Source: Candidatus Actinomarinales bacterium | GTDB lineage: Bacteria; Actinomycetota; Acidimicrobiia; Actinomarinales; Actinomarinaceae | NCBI GenBank assembly: GCA_004213405.1 | Contig: SGYR01000003.1 | Span: forward strand, 4,925 to 68,924 | DNA: 64,000 nucleotides | Direction of reading: 5' to 3' | In this document: positions 44,535-54,941 of the stretch, in pieces | Numbering within the stretch: the stretch's first letter is position 1 | Layout of the letters: every line of letters begins with the position of its first letter | The notes under the pieces: generated by a model | The model's database searches: none | The model's input: the letters and a program-made list of their open reading frames with translations, nothing else | Told to the model about the DNA's origin: nothing | Translations under genes and position numbers: made by a program

Positions 44535-44933
44535 TTATCTCTTAGTAAACTGTTCAGCTCTTCTAGCTTTTTTAAGACCGTATTTCTTTCGTTCTACCTT
44601 ACGAGCATCTCTTGTAAGAAGTCCTGCCTTCTTAAGCTTTGGCCTTAGTTCAGGGTCCATTTTGATTAATGCTCTGGATATTCCAAGAGCTACAGCATCT
44701 GATTGTGCAGAAAGACCGCTTCCGTTTACGTTGACGGCCATATCAAATTTTCCTTCAAGAGAAACCACCTTAAACGGTTTTTCTATTGTCATTTTCATTG
44801 ATGGGCTTGGAAAATACTGTTCTAGATCTTTTCCATTGAATGTAAACTTACCATTTCCTTCAGTAATAGTTACTCTTGCTGTAGAAGATTTTCTTCTTCC
44901 TGTTCCATAAAAATTATTAGGCATTTTCTTCAA
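44535..44933 (-). CDS. rpsI: 30S ribosomal protein S9
   Basis: 132 aa, canonical uS9 ending ...RRAEQFTKR. Confidence 0.98.
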   Translation of the reverse strand: MKKMPNNFYGTGRRKSSTARVTITEGNGKFTFNGKDLEQYFPSPSMKMTIEKPFKVVSLEGKFDMAVNVNGSGLSAQSDAVALGISRALIKMDPELRPKLKKAGLLTRDARKVERKKYGLKKARRAEQFTKR

Positions 44934-45378
44934 CTTTCTTTATATTAAAAACTAATTCTTTTGGATTTTGGCTTTGGTGAGGATGGTTTGCATCAGGATA
45001 AATATGTAACTTCTTTAATACAGCTCTACCTAGTCGGTTTTTTGGAAGCATGCCCCATACTGCCCTTTCTATTATTTTTTCAGGCTTTCTTTGTCTTAAT
45101 GAATTAAAACTTTCGGACTTGATTCCTCCAGGATAACCAGAATGAGAATGATACATTTTTTGTTCAGGTTTTTTTGAAGTAATTGCAATTTTTCCTGCAT
45201 TTATTACGACAACATGATCACCTACATCTAAATGGGGAGCATACTGTGGTTTGTGCTTACCACGTAATATTTGAGCTATTTCACTTGCTAAGCGACCAAT
45301 TGGTAGTCCGGATGCATCAACTAAGTGCCATTCACGCTCAGAAGCCTCTATGCCATTAAATGTTGTTTTAGTATTCAT
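44917..45378 (-). CDS. rplM: 50S ribosomal protein L13
   Basis: 153 aa, canonical uL13 (WHLVDASG, GKHKPQYAPH). Confidence 0.98.
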   Translation of the reverse strand: MNTKTTFNGIEASEREWHLVDASGLPIGRLASEIAQILRGKHKPQYAPHLDVGDHVVVINAGKIAITSKKPEQKMYHSHSGYPGGIKSESFNSLRQRKPEKIIERAVWGMLPKNRLGRAVLKKLHIYPDANHPHQSQNPKELVFNIKKVEENA

Positions 45379-45439
45379 TTATCAATCTTTTTGAATTGTA
45401 ACGAACTACTAGTATAAAGTGCATTTATATTTATGAAAA

Positions 45440-46165
45440 CTAGTATTTAACATTCCAAAGGACTAAGCCATTTGGAGGAGCTATGAAGTTTAGCCTTTCT
45501 TCTTTAGGGTTAAGAAGATTTTTAGAAACTTCGTCATACGTGACTTTATCCTCACAATAAGCTATTTGTACACCAACTAAATAACGCACCATGTTTCTCA
45601 AAAAAGAGTTACCAGTAATTGTATACTCAAAATAATCACGCTTTTTTACCCAGTTGCTCTTGTATATTTGTCTATTTGGGTTTTTATTTACGTCATGTTT
45701 TGAAAAAGAAGAAAAATTATGTTCACCTACAAATAACTCTGCTAAATAGTTTAGTTTTTTTAAATCTAATTTCTTAGGATAAATATATGATTGACTGCTT
45801 AGATAAGGATATTGCTGGTTCATATCTGACACAAAATATTTATAAGTTCTCTCAAATGCGTCATACCTAGCGTGAAAGCTGTCTTTTACTGTCTTAAAAG
45901 AGTTTATAGAGATTTTGGAACCTAAAATTTTATTTAAAGAATTTATTGTTTTGTTGTTTATAGCTAATTCTGTTTTTATGTTTATTACTTGAGCTTTAGC
46001 ATGGACCCCTGCATCTGTTCTGCCAGAGTAATTTAATTCATATTTTTCAGTAAATATCTCTAATGCTTTTTGGAATTCCCCCTGCACAGTTGTTTTATCT
46101 TTTTGTATTTGAAAACCGTGGAAATTAGTTCCATCATAGGAAATAATTAACTTGTAGTTTTTCAT
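45440..46165 (-). CDS. truA: tRNA pseudouridine(38-40) synthase
   Basis: 241 aa; YDGTNFHGFQIQ, GRTDAGVHA. Confidence 0.93.
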   Translation of the reverse strand: MKNYKLIISYDGTNFHGFQIQKDKTTVQGEFQKALEIFTEKYELNYSGRTDAGVHAKAQVINIKTELAINNKTINSLNKILGSKISINSFKTVKDSFHARYDAFERTYKYFVSDMNQQYPYLSSQSYIYPKKLDLKKLNYLAELFVGEHNFSSFSKHDVNKNPNRQIYKSNWVKKRDYFEYTITGNSFLRNMVRYLVGVQIAYCEDKVTYDEVSKNLLNPKEERLNFIAPPNGLVLWNVKY

Positions 46166-46710
46166 TAAACAAAAATACGAATTGGATCAGAAAAAAATAT
46201 TAAAATAGCTAAAAATGTTACAGAGGCAATACTTGATGTTCTCTTGTCAAGAAGGAAGGCCGTTGCAAGTGCTTTTGTTAATACAAAATACATCCAACCA
46301 AATATAAATAAAGTCAAAAGTTGAAATATATTTTGCGGAATTGAAATGTAATTATTAACAAAAATAATTATTCCAAAAATACCAAGAATCCCATGGGTGT
46401 AACCTGTAAAAATTAATAGGTTAGTAATTTCAATTATCGTATTAAATGCCCTTGTTAATAAAAACCATGAAGCCAGAGTTGCAAACAACCAAGCAAAAAC
46501 ACCATCTACTAATCCATAAAAAACAATATCGCTAATGTTAGTTGAGCTTGCATTTAGGATAAATGGAATATAAATACTTAGAAGGCTTACCAACACGACT
46601 ATAAGGGAATTTCCAGACTCATATCTATCATTACTGAATCTGATAAATACCTCTTGATTTAATCTAATGAATTTTTGAAATTGTGACCAGATATCTTTTA
46701 AAGAATTCAA
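46165..46710 (-). CDS. Yip1-like polytopic membrane protein (function unknown)
   Basis: 181 aa with about 5 TM segments. 1-nt overlap with the truA start. Lies between rplQ and truA. Confidence 0.6.
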   Translation of the reverse strand: MNSLKDIWSQFQKFIRLNQEVFIRFSNDRYESGNSLIVVLVSLLSIYIPFILNASSTNISDIVFYGLVDGVFAWLFATLASWFLLTRAFNTIIEITNLLIFTGYTHGILGIFGIIIFVNNYISIPQNIFQLLTLFIFGWMYFVLTKALATAFLLDKRTSSIASVTFLAILIFFSDPIRIFV

Positions 46711-46712
46711 AT

Positions 46713-47063
46713 TTAAACTAGTTCTAATACAGCTAGCTCTGTGCCATCACCTTGTCTATATGTAGTTCTTGTAATCCTAGTATATCCACCATTTCTGTCT
46801 TCATACTTTGGACCAATTTCATCAAAAAGTTTTGCAACGACAGATTTGTTTTGAATCATTTTTAACACTTGTCTTCTATCATGAAGAGTACCGCTTTTTG
46901 CTTTTGTAATTACTTTTTCTACATAAGGCTTAACAGTTTTAGCTTTTGTAACTGTTGTTTCAATTTTTTCGTGTTCAATTAAAGCACTGATCAAATTACT
47001 AATAATTTGATCCTCATGTGAAGAAGAACCTCCAAGCCTTTTACCTTTAGTAGGTTTAGGCAT
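46713..47063 (-). CDS. rplQ: 50S ribosomal protein L17
   Basis: 116 aa, canonical bL17. Confidence 0.98.
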   Translation of the reverse strand: MPKPTKGKRLGGSSSHEDQIISNLISALIEHEKIETTVTKAKTVKPYVEKVITKAKSGTLHDRRQVLKMIQNKSVVAKLFDEIGPKYEDRNGGYTRITRTTYRQGDGTELAVLELV

Positions 47064-48015
47064 CAGCCATATCTCCTGAGTCTAGGTCAGAACTTGTTGG
47101 AAGACTTAGTCCAAGCTCGTCGAGCTTTGCAACCAACTCATCCAAACTTTTTTGTCCAAAGTTTGTCAAATTGAGCAAATCATCTTCTGTATATTCAAGA
47201 ATTTGTCCAACTGTAGTTATGTTTTCTCTACCAAGACAATTTCTTGGTCTTTCAGATAAATCTAATGCATCAACAGATAACGAAAGGTCTGGAGAACTTC
47301 CTTCAGAGATAGTTAATTCTCCTAGTTCTAATCCAACCCCTTCATCAATATCTGCAAAAAGCTTCCATAATTCACCAAGAGTTTTTCCTACTGATGAAAT
47401 TGCTTCGCTTGGCTCAATTGAACCGTCAGTTTCAACATCTAAAGTTAACTTATCATAGTCGGTTACTTGACCAACCTGTGTCGGTGAAACAGCATAGCTT
47501 ACTTGTACAATTGGAGAAAAAATAGAGTCAATTGGTATGAAATTTGAGTCACTTGTTTTATTTTTATCAGCCAATCTATATCCTACTCCATGTGCTATTG
47601 AAACTTCCATATCAAGAGTGGAACTGTCTGACAATGTACAAACTTTCATATCAGTATTTACAACTTCGACTCCAGCAGGACATTGGATTTGTGCTGCAAG
47701 AACATCTCCTGGGCCTTTGGCCTTAACAGTAAGTGTATGATTTTCTTGATCATCAACCTTTAGTACTAGTCTTTTTAAATTTAGAAGTAAGTCTAAAACA
47801 TCTTCTACAACTCCCGGAATTGATGTAAATTCATGATTTACTCCATCAATTTTGATTCCAGTTACAGCTACTCCTGGAACTCTAGAAAGCAGTGCCCTTC
47901 TCATTGTGTTGCCTAAAGTAAGACCAAATCCTGGTTCTAATGGTTCGATTACAAACTGTGTTCTGTTTTTACCAAGCTCTTCTTGGGTAATTTCTGGTCT
48001 TTGTAGCATTAACAT
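47056..48015 (-). CDS. rpoA: DNA-directed RNA polymerase alpha subunit
   Basis: 319 aa. Has N-terminal and C-terminal domain motifs ([21 protein letters not shown]). Confidence 0.98.
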   Translation of the reverse strand: MLMLQRPEITQEELGKNRTQFVIEPLEPGFGLTLGNTMRRALLSRVPGVAVTGIKIDGVNHEFTSIPGVVEDVLDLLLNLKRLVLKVDDQENHTLTVKAKGPGDVLAAQIQCPAGVEVVNTDMKVCTLSDSSTLDMEVSIAHGVGYRLADKNKTSDSNFIPIDSIFSPIVQVSYAVSPTQVGQVTDYDKLTLDVETDGSIEPSEAISSVGKTLGELWKLFADIDEGVGLELGELTISEGSSPDLSLSVDALDLSERPRNCLGRENITTVGQILEYTEDDLLNLTNFGQKSLDELVAKLDELGLSLPTSSDLDSGDMADA

Positions 48016-48036
48016 TTTATTTCTCCTCTCAAATGT

Positions 48037-48651
48037 TTACTTCGAATAAAGCTCTACTATTAATTGTTCTTCAATCTGCGAACTTGCATCACCTCTAGAA
48101 GGTTCAGCATTAATTTTTACAGATTTCTTTTTATTATCTACATCTAACCAGCTAGGTATTACATTGTCCTGTCCAGTATCAATCGTATGTTGGATAATAA
48201 TTAAATCTTTACTTGCATCTTTAATTTCAATCACATCACCTGGTTTTACTTTATGCGAAGGAACATCTACAAATTTACCGTTTACCTTAAAGTGCCTATG
48301 AGAAACTAACTGCCTTGCTTGAGGTCTTGTTGAAGCGAATCCAGCTCTGTAAATAACATTATCTAATCTTGATTCAAGAAGTATAAGGAGGTTTTCACCA
48401 GTAATACCAGGCATTCTTGTAGCTTCTTTATAATAATTTCTAAACTGTTTTTCAAGCACACCATACATGTATCGTACTTTTTGTTTTTCTTTTAACTGAG
48501 TTCCATAATCTGTTTCTCTAACTCTTTTTCGACCATTCTCACCTGGTGGATATGGCCTATCCTGAAGAGCTTTATCACCTTTTCTATTCTCAAAAACATT
48601 AAAGCCTATTCTTCTTGAAACTCTTACTCGGGGTCCTGTATACCTTGCCAT
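48037..48651 (-). CDS. rpsD: 30S ribosomal protein S4
   Basis: 204 aa, canonical uS4. Confidence 0.98.
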   Translation of the reverse strand: MARYTGPRVRVSRRIGFNVFENRKGDKALQDRPYPPGENGRKRVRETDYGTQLKEKQKVRYMYGVLEKQFRNYYKEATRMPGITGENLLILLESRLDNVIYRAGFASTRPQARQLVSHRHFKVNGKFVDVPSHKVKPGDVIEIKDASKDLIIIQHTIDTGQDNVIPSWLDVDNKKKSVKINAEPSRGDASSQIEEQLIVELYSK

Positions 48652-49034
48652 TATCCTCTTCTTCTCTTCTTTGGTCTGCAGCCATTATGAGGTGTTGGGG
48701 TTATGTCTTTGATTGTTCCAACATCCATACCCATGTTTTGTAAAGTTCTTACAGCGGTTTCTCTTCCTGCGCCTGTACCACTAATTATTATGTCTAACTT
48801 TTGAACTCCGTACTCAGTAGCTCTTCTAACAGCTTCCTCAGCTGCTACTTGTGCAGCATAAGGAGTAGACTTTCTAGAGCCCTTAAAGCCAACAGAGCCA
48901 CCAGATGTCCAAACTATAGTTTCACCAGAAGGGTTTGATATATTTATAATTGTATTATTAAAACTTGCTTTTATATGTGCTACTCCAGCAGGTACGTTTT
49001 TTTTGACTTTCTTTTTAGTTTTTTGATCAGCCAT
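48651..49034 (-). CDS. rpsK: 30S ribosomal protein S11
   Basis: 127 aa, canonical uS11. Confidence 0.98.
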   Translation of the reverse strand: MADQKTKKKVKKNVPAGVAHIKASFNNTIINISNPSGETIVWTSGGSVGFKGSRKSTPYAAQVAAEEAVRRATEYGVQKLDIIISGTGAGRETAVRTLQNMGMDVGTIKDITPTPHNGCRPKKRRRG

Positions 49035-49411
49035 TATTTCAATGCTTTCTTCTTACCTGCTATAGCGAATCTAGGACCTTTTCTTGTTCTTGCATTTGTA
49101 TGAGTTCTTTGACCTCTAACAGGAAGTCCTTTTCTGTGTCTTAAACCTTGGTAAGTACCGATTTCAGTTTTTCTTCTAATATTTTGTGATACGTCTCTTC
49201 TAAGGTCACCCTCGACTCTGAAATTTGCCTCAATATACTTTCTAATTTGTGCAACTTCATCGTTTGTAAGATTGTTGACACGTGTACTTGGATCAATATT
49301 GAGGTCTGTGCATATATCATCTGCTCTTTTTGCGCCGATACCATGTATATAACGCAATGATGCAATTACCCTTTTTTCTCTTGGAATGTCTATGCCTGAA
49401 ATACGCGCCAT
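49034..49411 (-). CDS. rpsM: 30S ribosomal protein S13
   Basis: 125 aa, canonical uS13. Confidence 0.98.
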   Translation of the reverse strand: MARISGIDIPREKRVIASLRYIHGIGAKRADDICTDLNIDPSTRVNNLTNDEVAQIRKYIEANFRVEGDLRRDVSQNIRRKTEIGTYQGLRHRKGLPVRGQRTHTNARTRKGPRFAIAGKKKALK

Positions 49412-49417
49412 TAAAAC

Positions 49418-49534
49418 TTAACCTTGCCTCTGCTTGTGACGAGGATTTCTTTTGTTTATTACGTAAAGCTTGCCCTTTCTTCTAACGATTTGATCGTTAG
49501 GGCCTCTCTTTTTAACGCTTGATTTAACTTTCAT
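49418..49534 (-). CDS. rpmJ: 50S ribosomal protein L36, cysteine-free (zinc-independent) form
   Basis: Hand-translated as [42 protein letters not shown] overlap with the infA stop. Below the ORF-track cutoff. Confidence 0.92.
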   Translation of the reverse strand: MKVKSSVKKRGPNDQIVRRKGKLYVINKRNPRHKQRQG

Positions 49535-49755
49535 TTATGTCTCCAAATAATCCTACCTCTTGTGGGGTCATATGGTGAAACTTCCATTTCAACAGTATCC
49601 CCAGGTAAAATTCTTATGTACCTCATTCTCATTTTTCCAGACACATGAGCTAAAATTTCTGCACCGCTTTCGAGTTGTACCTTAAAAGAGGCGTTTGGCA
49701 GAGTTTCCATAACTGTTCCTTGAACTTTAATTATGTTTTTTTCTTTTTCTACCAA
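49531..49755 (-). CDS. infA: translation initiation factor IF-1
   Basis: 74 aa S1-like fold; [17 protein letters not shown] start. Confidence 0.97.
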   Translation of the reverse strand: MVEKEKNIIKVQGTVMETLPNASFKVQLESGAEILAHVSGKMRMRYIRILPGDTVEMEVSPYDPTRGRIIWRHK

Positions 49756-49821
49756 AATTAGCCTTGATTATGTGACCGATTTACTAGATTAGTGCGATTT
49801 GAAACTATTACAAACACAAAA

Positions 49822-50589
49822 TTAAAATAAGTTTTCTGTAAAAACACGAGTTCCTTCCGCTGTTATTCCTATTGTGTGCTCCCAATGGGCTGAATTTTGG
49901 CCATCTATTGTCTTAACTGTCCATCCGTCTTCATCTACCATAGTTTCTTCAGACCCTAAGTTAAACATAGGTTCTATACAAATAGCCATTCCTGTTTTTA
50001 ACTCAAAGCCTGTATTTTTTTTACCATAATGAGGTACTTGTGGTTCTTCATGCATTTCTTGACCAATGCCGTGTCCAACATAATTTTTTACATTACCAAG
50101 GTTTTTACGTGTTGCTATTTTGTCAATTTTATATCCAATTGTTCCTAATTTTTGCCCATCTTCAACTAGTTTTACTGCTTCGTTTAACGCATGCTTTGTG
50201 GTTTCAATTAGAAACTTATCTTCACTTGAAATCTCTCCAACACCATAAGTAAATGCAGCATCAGCATGAAAACCCTCAAATGATACTCCAACATCTATAG
50301 AAATTAAGTCACCTTCCTTTATGATTGTATCGTTAGGTATCCCATGAACTATTGCGTCATTTGGCGAAGCACAAATGTAAGCAGGATAAGGATCGTGTCC
50401 AGGGGGTGCATAACCAAAAAAACTTGATTGAACATTTGAATTTTCTACAATATTTTTAGCAATACCATCTAGGTCTTTGAGAGTCATTCCAGGTTTAGTT
50501 GAATTGTAAATTTCGTAATGTATATTTGATACAACTTTGCCTGCTTTTGCCATCTTCTCGAAATCTTCAGAAGTTTTATATGTAAGCAT
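49822..50589 (-). CDS. map: type I methionine aminopeptidase
   Basis: 255 aa. Metal-ligand motifs DVGVSFEGFHAD, GHGIG, EPM. Confidence 0.96.
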   Translation of the reverse strand: MLTYKTSEDFEKMAKAGKVVSNIHYEIYNSTKPGMTLKDLDGIAKNIVENSNVQSSFFGYAPPGHDPYPAYICASPNDAIVHGIPNDTIIKEGDLISIDVGVSFEGFHADAAFTYGVGEISSEDKFLIETTKHALNEAVKLVEDGQKLGTIGYKIDKIATRKNLGNVKNYVGHGIGQEMHEEPQVPHYGKKNTGFELKTGMAICIEPMFNLGSEETMVDEDGWTVKTIDGQNSAHWEHTIGITAEGTRVFTENLF

Positions 50590-50592
50590 TGA

Positions 50593-51153
50593 CTATTCAA
50601 ATTCTTTCAGTATTAAGTTGTAAATATTTTCAACTTCACCAACAGCATTTATCTTTGAAACTAAATTTCTTTGTTCATAGTATTCAATTAAAGGAGCTGT
50701 ATCATTTTCATAAACTTCAAGCCTGACGCTTACAGATTCTTCAGTATCATCACTCCTGCCACTAGTTTCACCTCTATTTAAAATTCTTTTTATTAGCTCA
50801 TCTCGGTCAGCTTCAAAAACAATAACTTTAGAAATTTTAAATTCTTCACTGATTTTATCTAGACTTTCTGCTTGAGCAATTGTTCTAGGAAACCCATCTA
50901 GTATTGCTCCGTTAACACAATCATTAGAAAGAAGCCTTTCTTGCAACATTTCAATAACCAAAGAATCTGGAACAAGTTTGCCTTCGTCAAGTAGAGTTTT
51001 TGCAATCTTGCCAAGCTCTGTTTCGTTGCTTACATGCTCACGAAGCATGTCGCCTGTTGATATGTGAGCAAGATTTTTTTCTTTAGCTATTAATACTGCT
51101 TGAGTCCCTTTTCCAGCACCTGGTGGTCCTAGAAAGATTACTAAATTGCTCAA
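50593..51153 (-). CDS. adk: adenylate kinase (short LID, no Cys4 zinc site)
   Basis: 186 aa. GPPGAGKGTQA P-loop; the LID region lacks CxxC pairs. Confidence 0.96.
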   Translation of the reverse strand: MSNLVIFLGPPGAGKGTQAVLIAKEKNLAHISTGDMLREHVSNETELGKIAKTLLDEGKLVPDSLVIEMLQERLLSNDCVNGAILDGFPRTIAQAESLDKISEEFKISKVIVFEADRDELIKRILNRGETSGRSDDTEESVSVRLEVYENDTAPLIEYYEQRNLVSKINAVGEVENIYNLILKEFE

Positions 51154-52463
51154 TCAATGAATCCTTCATAATTTCGCATACTTAATTGGCTCTCAATTTG
51201 CTTCATAGTTTCCAAAGCTACACCAACTGTAATAAGAATTGAAATACCACTAAATCCGAGAGGTATGTCCCATATAACTGATGCTATTGAAGGAAGGACC
51301 GCAACTGACGCTAAAAATACTGATCCCGGAAGAGTTATTCTATTAATAATGTGTGAAAGGTAGTTGGTAGTAGAAATTCCTGGTCTTACTCCAGGTATAA
51401 AGCCACCCTGTCTTCTAATCATGTCTGACTGACGAACAGGATCAAATTGGATTGTTGTATAAAAATATGTAAAGAAAATTATCAATATACCAAGAAAGAA
51501 AACATAAAACCAAGTTGTCCCTTGAGAGTTAGCTAAATTAATGTCAATCCAATTTCTTATAGCGGCTGTAACATTGTTGTCTTGAGGTAAGGAAGTAGCT
51601 ACCAAAGCAGGGAAAAACAAAATACTAGTTGCAAATATAACTGGAATAACTCCAGCACTATTTACTTTTAATGGAATGTATGTGCTTTGTCCGCCCATAA
51701 CTTTTCTTCCTCTAACTCGTTTTGCAAATTGTATAGGAATTCTTCTTTGACCTTGTTCTACATAAATTATTCCAACAATCATAAGTATGAACATAACCAT
51801 AAGAAACACGAATTGACCTAATCTTCCTTGACCAGCTGTTACTTGATAAGAACTTCCAAACTGAGATGGTAATTGACTGACAATACTTGCAAAAATTATT
51901 AAAGACATACCATTTCCAACACCCCTTTGAGAAATAAGCTCGCCGATCCACATAATAAATGCTGTACCAGCAGTCATTGTTAAGACTATTAACCCAACTC
52001 GAGATGGTGTATAGTTTGGAATCAGTGAGATTCCTCCAGTTAAACTTCCTCTAGAAAATAAGTAAGTAAGTGCTGTGGATTGTAATAGAGCTAAAACAAC
52101 TGTTATATATCTTGTCCATTGTGTAATAACTTTTCTGCCAGACTCACCCTCTTCTTGGAGTTTTTGCAACCTTGGAATTACAACAGTTAATAGCTGAAGA
52201 ATAATACTGGCAGTTATGTAAGGCATTATTCCAAGAGCAAATACTGAAAAAGTCTCTAATGCTCCCCCAGAAAATAAATTAAGCAACCCGTAAATACCAG
52301 CCTGTGACCCAGAATCTGTAAGTCTCTGTACAGCATCAAGATCTACTCCTGGTACTGGTACAGCAGCTCCCAATCTATAGACAGCAAACATGAAAAGAGT
52401 AAAAAATATTCTTTTTCTTAAATCTGGAATTTTGAATATATATCTAAAAATAGATAGTTTCAT
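51150..52463 (-). CDS. secY: preprotein translocase subunit SecY
   Basis: 437 aa, 10-TM, canonical SecY motifs. Confidence 0.98.
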   Translation of the reverse strand: MKLSIFRYIFKIPDLRKRIFFTLFMFAVYRLGAAVPVPGVDLDAVQRLTDSGSQAGIYGLLNLFSGGALETFSVFALGIMPYITASIILQLLTVVIPRLQKLQEEGESGRKVITQWTRYITVVLALLQSTALTYLFSRGSLTGGISLIPNYTPSRVGLIVLTMTAGTAFIMWIGELISQRGVGNGMSLIIFASIVSQLPSQFGSSYQVTAGQGRLGQFVFLMVMFILMIVGIIYVEQGQRRIPIQFAKRVRGRKVMGGQSTYIPLKVNSAGVIPVIFATSILFFPALVATSLPQDNNVTAAIRNWIDINLANSQGTTWFYVFFLGILIIFFTYFYTTIQFDPVRQSDMIRRQGGFIPGVRPGISTTNYLSHIINRITLPGSVFLASVAVLPSIASVIWDIPLGFSGISILITVGVALETMKQIESQLSMRNYEGFID

Positions 52464-52465
52464 AA

Positions 52466-52915
52466 TTACTCGTTAATAATCTCTACAGTACCGCCAGCAC
52501 TTTCAATTTTGCTTTTAGCGACTTCACTTATAGCATGAATTTTCAAATCTATTTTTTTGGTTATTTCACCATCACCTAATATTTTTACCAAACCTTTTTT
52601 TCTAGTTAGTCCCATCTCTCTTAAGATATCAGGAGTAACTTCACCTTCTAAATTCTTTTCTTCTAATTCACTGACATTGACAACAACATATGACATTTTT
52701 GCAGCATTGCCAATACCTCTCACTTTAGGAATACGCCTATATAAAGGTATTTGACCTCCTTCAAAATATGCTGGGACAGTTTTTCTTGCACCTGTACCCT
52801 TAGTTCCTCGACCAGCAGTTTTACCTCTTTTACCTGACTCACCTCTACCTTTTCTTAATTTTTGCTTTGTAGATCCAGGTGTTGGTTTCAAATGATGAAA
52901 TCTTAATTTTTTCAT
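52466..52915 (-). CDS. rplO: 50S ribosomal protein L15
   Basis: 149 aa, canonical uL15. Confidence 0.98.
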   Translation of the reverse strand: MKKLRFHHLKPTPGSTKQKLRKGRGESGKRGKTAGRGTKGTGARKTVPAYFEGGQIPLYRRIPKVRGIGNAAKMSYVVVNVSELEEKNLEGEVTPDILREMGLTRKKGLVKILGDGEITKKIDLKIHAISEVAKSKIESAGGTVEIINE

Positions 52916-52916
52916 A

Positions 52917-53096
52917 TTATTTAATCTCTTCTATTTCTACCAAATGTTCAATTTTGCGAAGCATTCCTTCAACCATTGGGTTTAGCTCTCTTTCAGTTGA
53001 AGAATTGATTTTCTTAAGACCTAAACTTCTTACTGTCTCTCGAGCTTTTGGTTTTTGACCAATTAAGCTTCTTTTTAAAGTAATTTTAACTTTCAT
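52917..53096 (-). CDS. rpmD: 50S ribosomal protein L30
   Basis: Hand-translated as [59 protein letters not shown] (59 aa). The start overlaps the rpsE 3' end. Below the ORF-track cutoff. Confidence 0.93.
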   Translation of the reverse strand: MKVKITLKRSLIGQKPKARETVRSLGLKKINSSTERELNPMVEGMLRKIEHLVEIEEIK

Positions 53097-53637
53097 CTGC
53101 TACCTTTACTTTTTTTTCAGCTTTAGTTTTTTCATATGCTTCAACTAAACCAGCTGGTGCGACCTCGGATGGTTTTTTTCCTCTGAGTCCAGCAACCATG
53201 TCAGGCGTTCTTTGATTTAACAAGCCATTGATTGTTGCTTTAGCAACATTGAGATGAGTAGGTGAACCTAGGGATTTTGCGAGTATATCTTTAACTCCAG
53301 CAACTTCAAGCACCTGCCTTGCTGCACCTCCAGCAATAACTCCTGTACCTGGAGCTGCTGGTTTTAGAAGTACTCTGGAAGATCCATGCTTTCCAATTAT
53401 GGAGTGAACAATTGTTGAACCTGCCATTGGAATGTCTTGAATATTTTTTTTAGCATTTTCTATGGCTTTTTGAATAGCTAGCGGAACTTCAGAACCTTTT
53501 CCATATCCAATTCCAGCCTTTCCATTCCCATCTCCAACTGCTACAAGAGCAGTAAATGCAAAATTTCTGCCGCCCTTTACAACTTTGGCCACTCTATTAA
53601 TGTGTATTACACTTTCTTGAAGTTCTAGCTCAGCCAT
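53086..53637 (-). CDS. rpsE: 30S ribosomal protein S5
   Basis: 183 aa, canonical uS5. Confidence 0.98.
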   Translation of the reverse strand: MAELELQESVIHINRVAKVVKGGRNFAFTALVAVGDGNGKAGIGYGKGSEVPLAIQKAIENAKKNIQDIPMAGSTIVHSIIGKHGSSRVLLKPAAPGTGVIAGGAARQVLEVAGVKDILAKSLGSPTHLNVAKATINGLLNQRTPDMVAGLRGKKPSEVAPAGLVEAYEKTKAEKKVKVADES

Positions 53638-53984
53638 TAAAATTCAATTCCTTTTTCTCTTATTCCATCTGCTAAAGATTTAATTCTGCCGTGATAAACA
53701 TAACCACCTCTATCAAAAACTGCTTTTGAAATTTTAAGATCATTTAACTTTTTACCCATAAGTTCCCCTACCTCTTTTGAGGTGTCAACTGATAGATTTT
53801 TAGATTTAACTTCTTTTGAAAGAGTGCTAGCTGATGCTATTGTTACTTGATTTAAATCATCTATAGCCTGTACATATATATTGTTGTTACTTTTAAAAAC
53901 AGCAATACGCGGAACAGAAGCTGTGCCGTTAATTTTTTTTCTAATTCTTATTTTTCTGTGATGTCTTTTGTCTTTAACTTTCAT
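53637..53984 (-). CDS. rplR: 50S ribosomal protein L18
   Basis: 115 aa, canonical uL18. Confidence 0.98.
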   Translation of the reverse strand: MKVKDKRHHRKIRIRKKINGTASVPRIAVFKSNNNIYVQAIDDLNQVTIASASTLSKEVKSKNLSVDTSKEVGELMGKKLNDLKISKAVFDRGGYVYHGRIKSLADGIREKGIEF

Positions 53985-53992
53985 AATATTTT

Positions 53993-54544
53993 TTATGCTC
54001 CAGCGGTTACTGCAGCTTTACCTGCTTTTCTTCTAACATATTCACCTTCATACCTAATGCCTTTACCCTTGTATGGCTCAGGTGGTTTTATAGCTCTAAT
54101 ATTTGCTGATACCTGCCCAACAAGTGCCTTGTCTATTCCAGAGACGATTATTGTATTTTGATCTGGGACTTCAAAATTAATACCCTCAACTTTTTTAAAA
54201 ATTACAGGATGTGAAAATCCACAAAGAATCTCAATATCACTGCCCTTCAAAGTTGCTCTGTGTCCAACACCTTGTAATAGTAAAGTCTTCTTATAGCCTT
54301 CCAGAACACCTTGAATATTGTTTGCAATTAAAGATCTGTATAATCCATGAAGGCTTCTGACTTCAGCAACTTCAGAACTTCTAGAAAAATTTAAAATGTT
54401 TTCATTAATCTCATAATTTATTCTGTCATCAACTACTTCTACTGTTAGCTCACCTTTAGGACCTTTAACAGAAATTAAATTGCCCTCGATTTTTAATTCT
54501 ACTTTTTCAGGTATTTCAATTGGTTTGTTGCCAATCCTACTCAT
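53993..54544 (-). CDS. rplF: 50S ribosomal protein L6
   Basis: Canonical uL6. Start at MSRIGNKPI, forming an ATGA overlap with the rpsH stop. Confidence 0.98.
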   Translation of the reverse strand: MSRIGNKPIEIPEKVELKIEGNLISVKGPKGELTVEVVDDRINYEINENILNFSRSSEVAEVRSLHGLYRSLIANNIQGVLEGYKKTLLLQGVGHRATLKGSDIEILCGFSHPVIFKKVEGINFEVPDQNTIIVSGIDKALVGQVSANIRAIKPPEPYKGKGIRYEGEYVRRKAGKAAVTAGA

Positions 54545-54939
54545 GACCAAACCTCACAAATCAATTCTCCACCAAGTTTTCTTTTTCGAGCTTCAGAATC
54601 TGGTAATAAGCCTCTTGAAGTTGAAACTACAACAGTTCCCAACCCACCATTATTTCTTGGGAGTGAGTCAGAGCCTACATAAAGTCTTCTTCCTGGTTTA
54701 CTGAGTCTGTTTAAGCCAGCTAAAACTGGTGAACCATTTTCAGAATATTTTAAATCTATTTCTATCTGTTTACCTGAACCATCTCCAGAAACTTTAACGT
54801 CACTAATATATCCCTCATCCTTTAAAAGTTTTGAAAGTTCTAGTTTGAACTTTGAATGAGGTACCGAAACGGATGGCTTGCTAACCATTGATGCATTTCT
54901 TATTCTTGTTAGAAAATCTGAAATTGGATCTGAATTCAT
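54541..54939 (-). CDS. rpsH: 30S ribosomal protein S8
   Basis: 132 aa, canonical uS8. Confidence 0.98.
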   Translation of the reverse strand: MNSDPISDFLTRIRNASMVSKPSVSVPHSKFKLELSKLLKDEGYISDVKVSGDGSGKQIEIDLKYSENGSPVLAGLNRLSKPGRRLYVGSDSLPRNNGGLGTVVVSTSRGLLPDSEARKRKLGGELICEVWS

Positions 54940-54941
54940 TT

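Noticed and set aside
49141-49365. Same-strand alternative-frame ORFs inside rpsM (49141-49365), rplW (59746-59958), whiB (6831-7079), secY (51712-51951) and tuf (61751-62050)
   Set aside because: They are fully nested in strongly conserved genes in another frame, and their sequences look unconserved. I see no evidence for overprinted genes.
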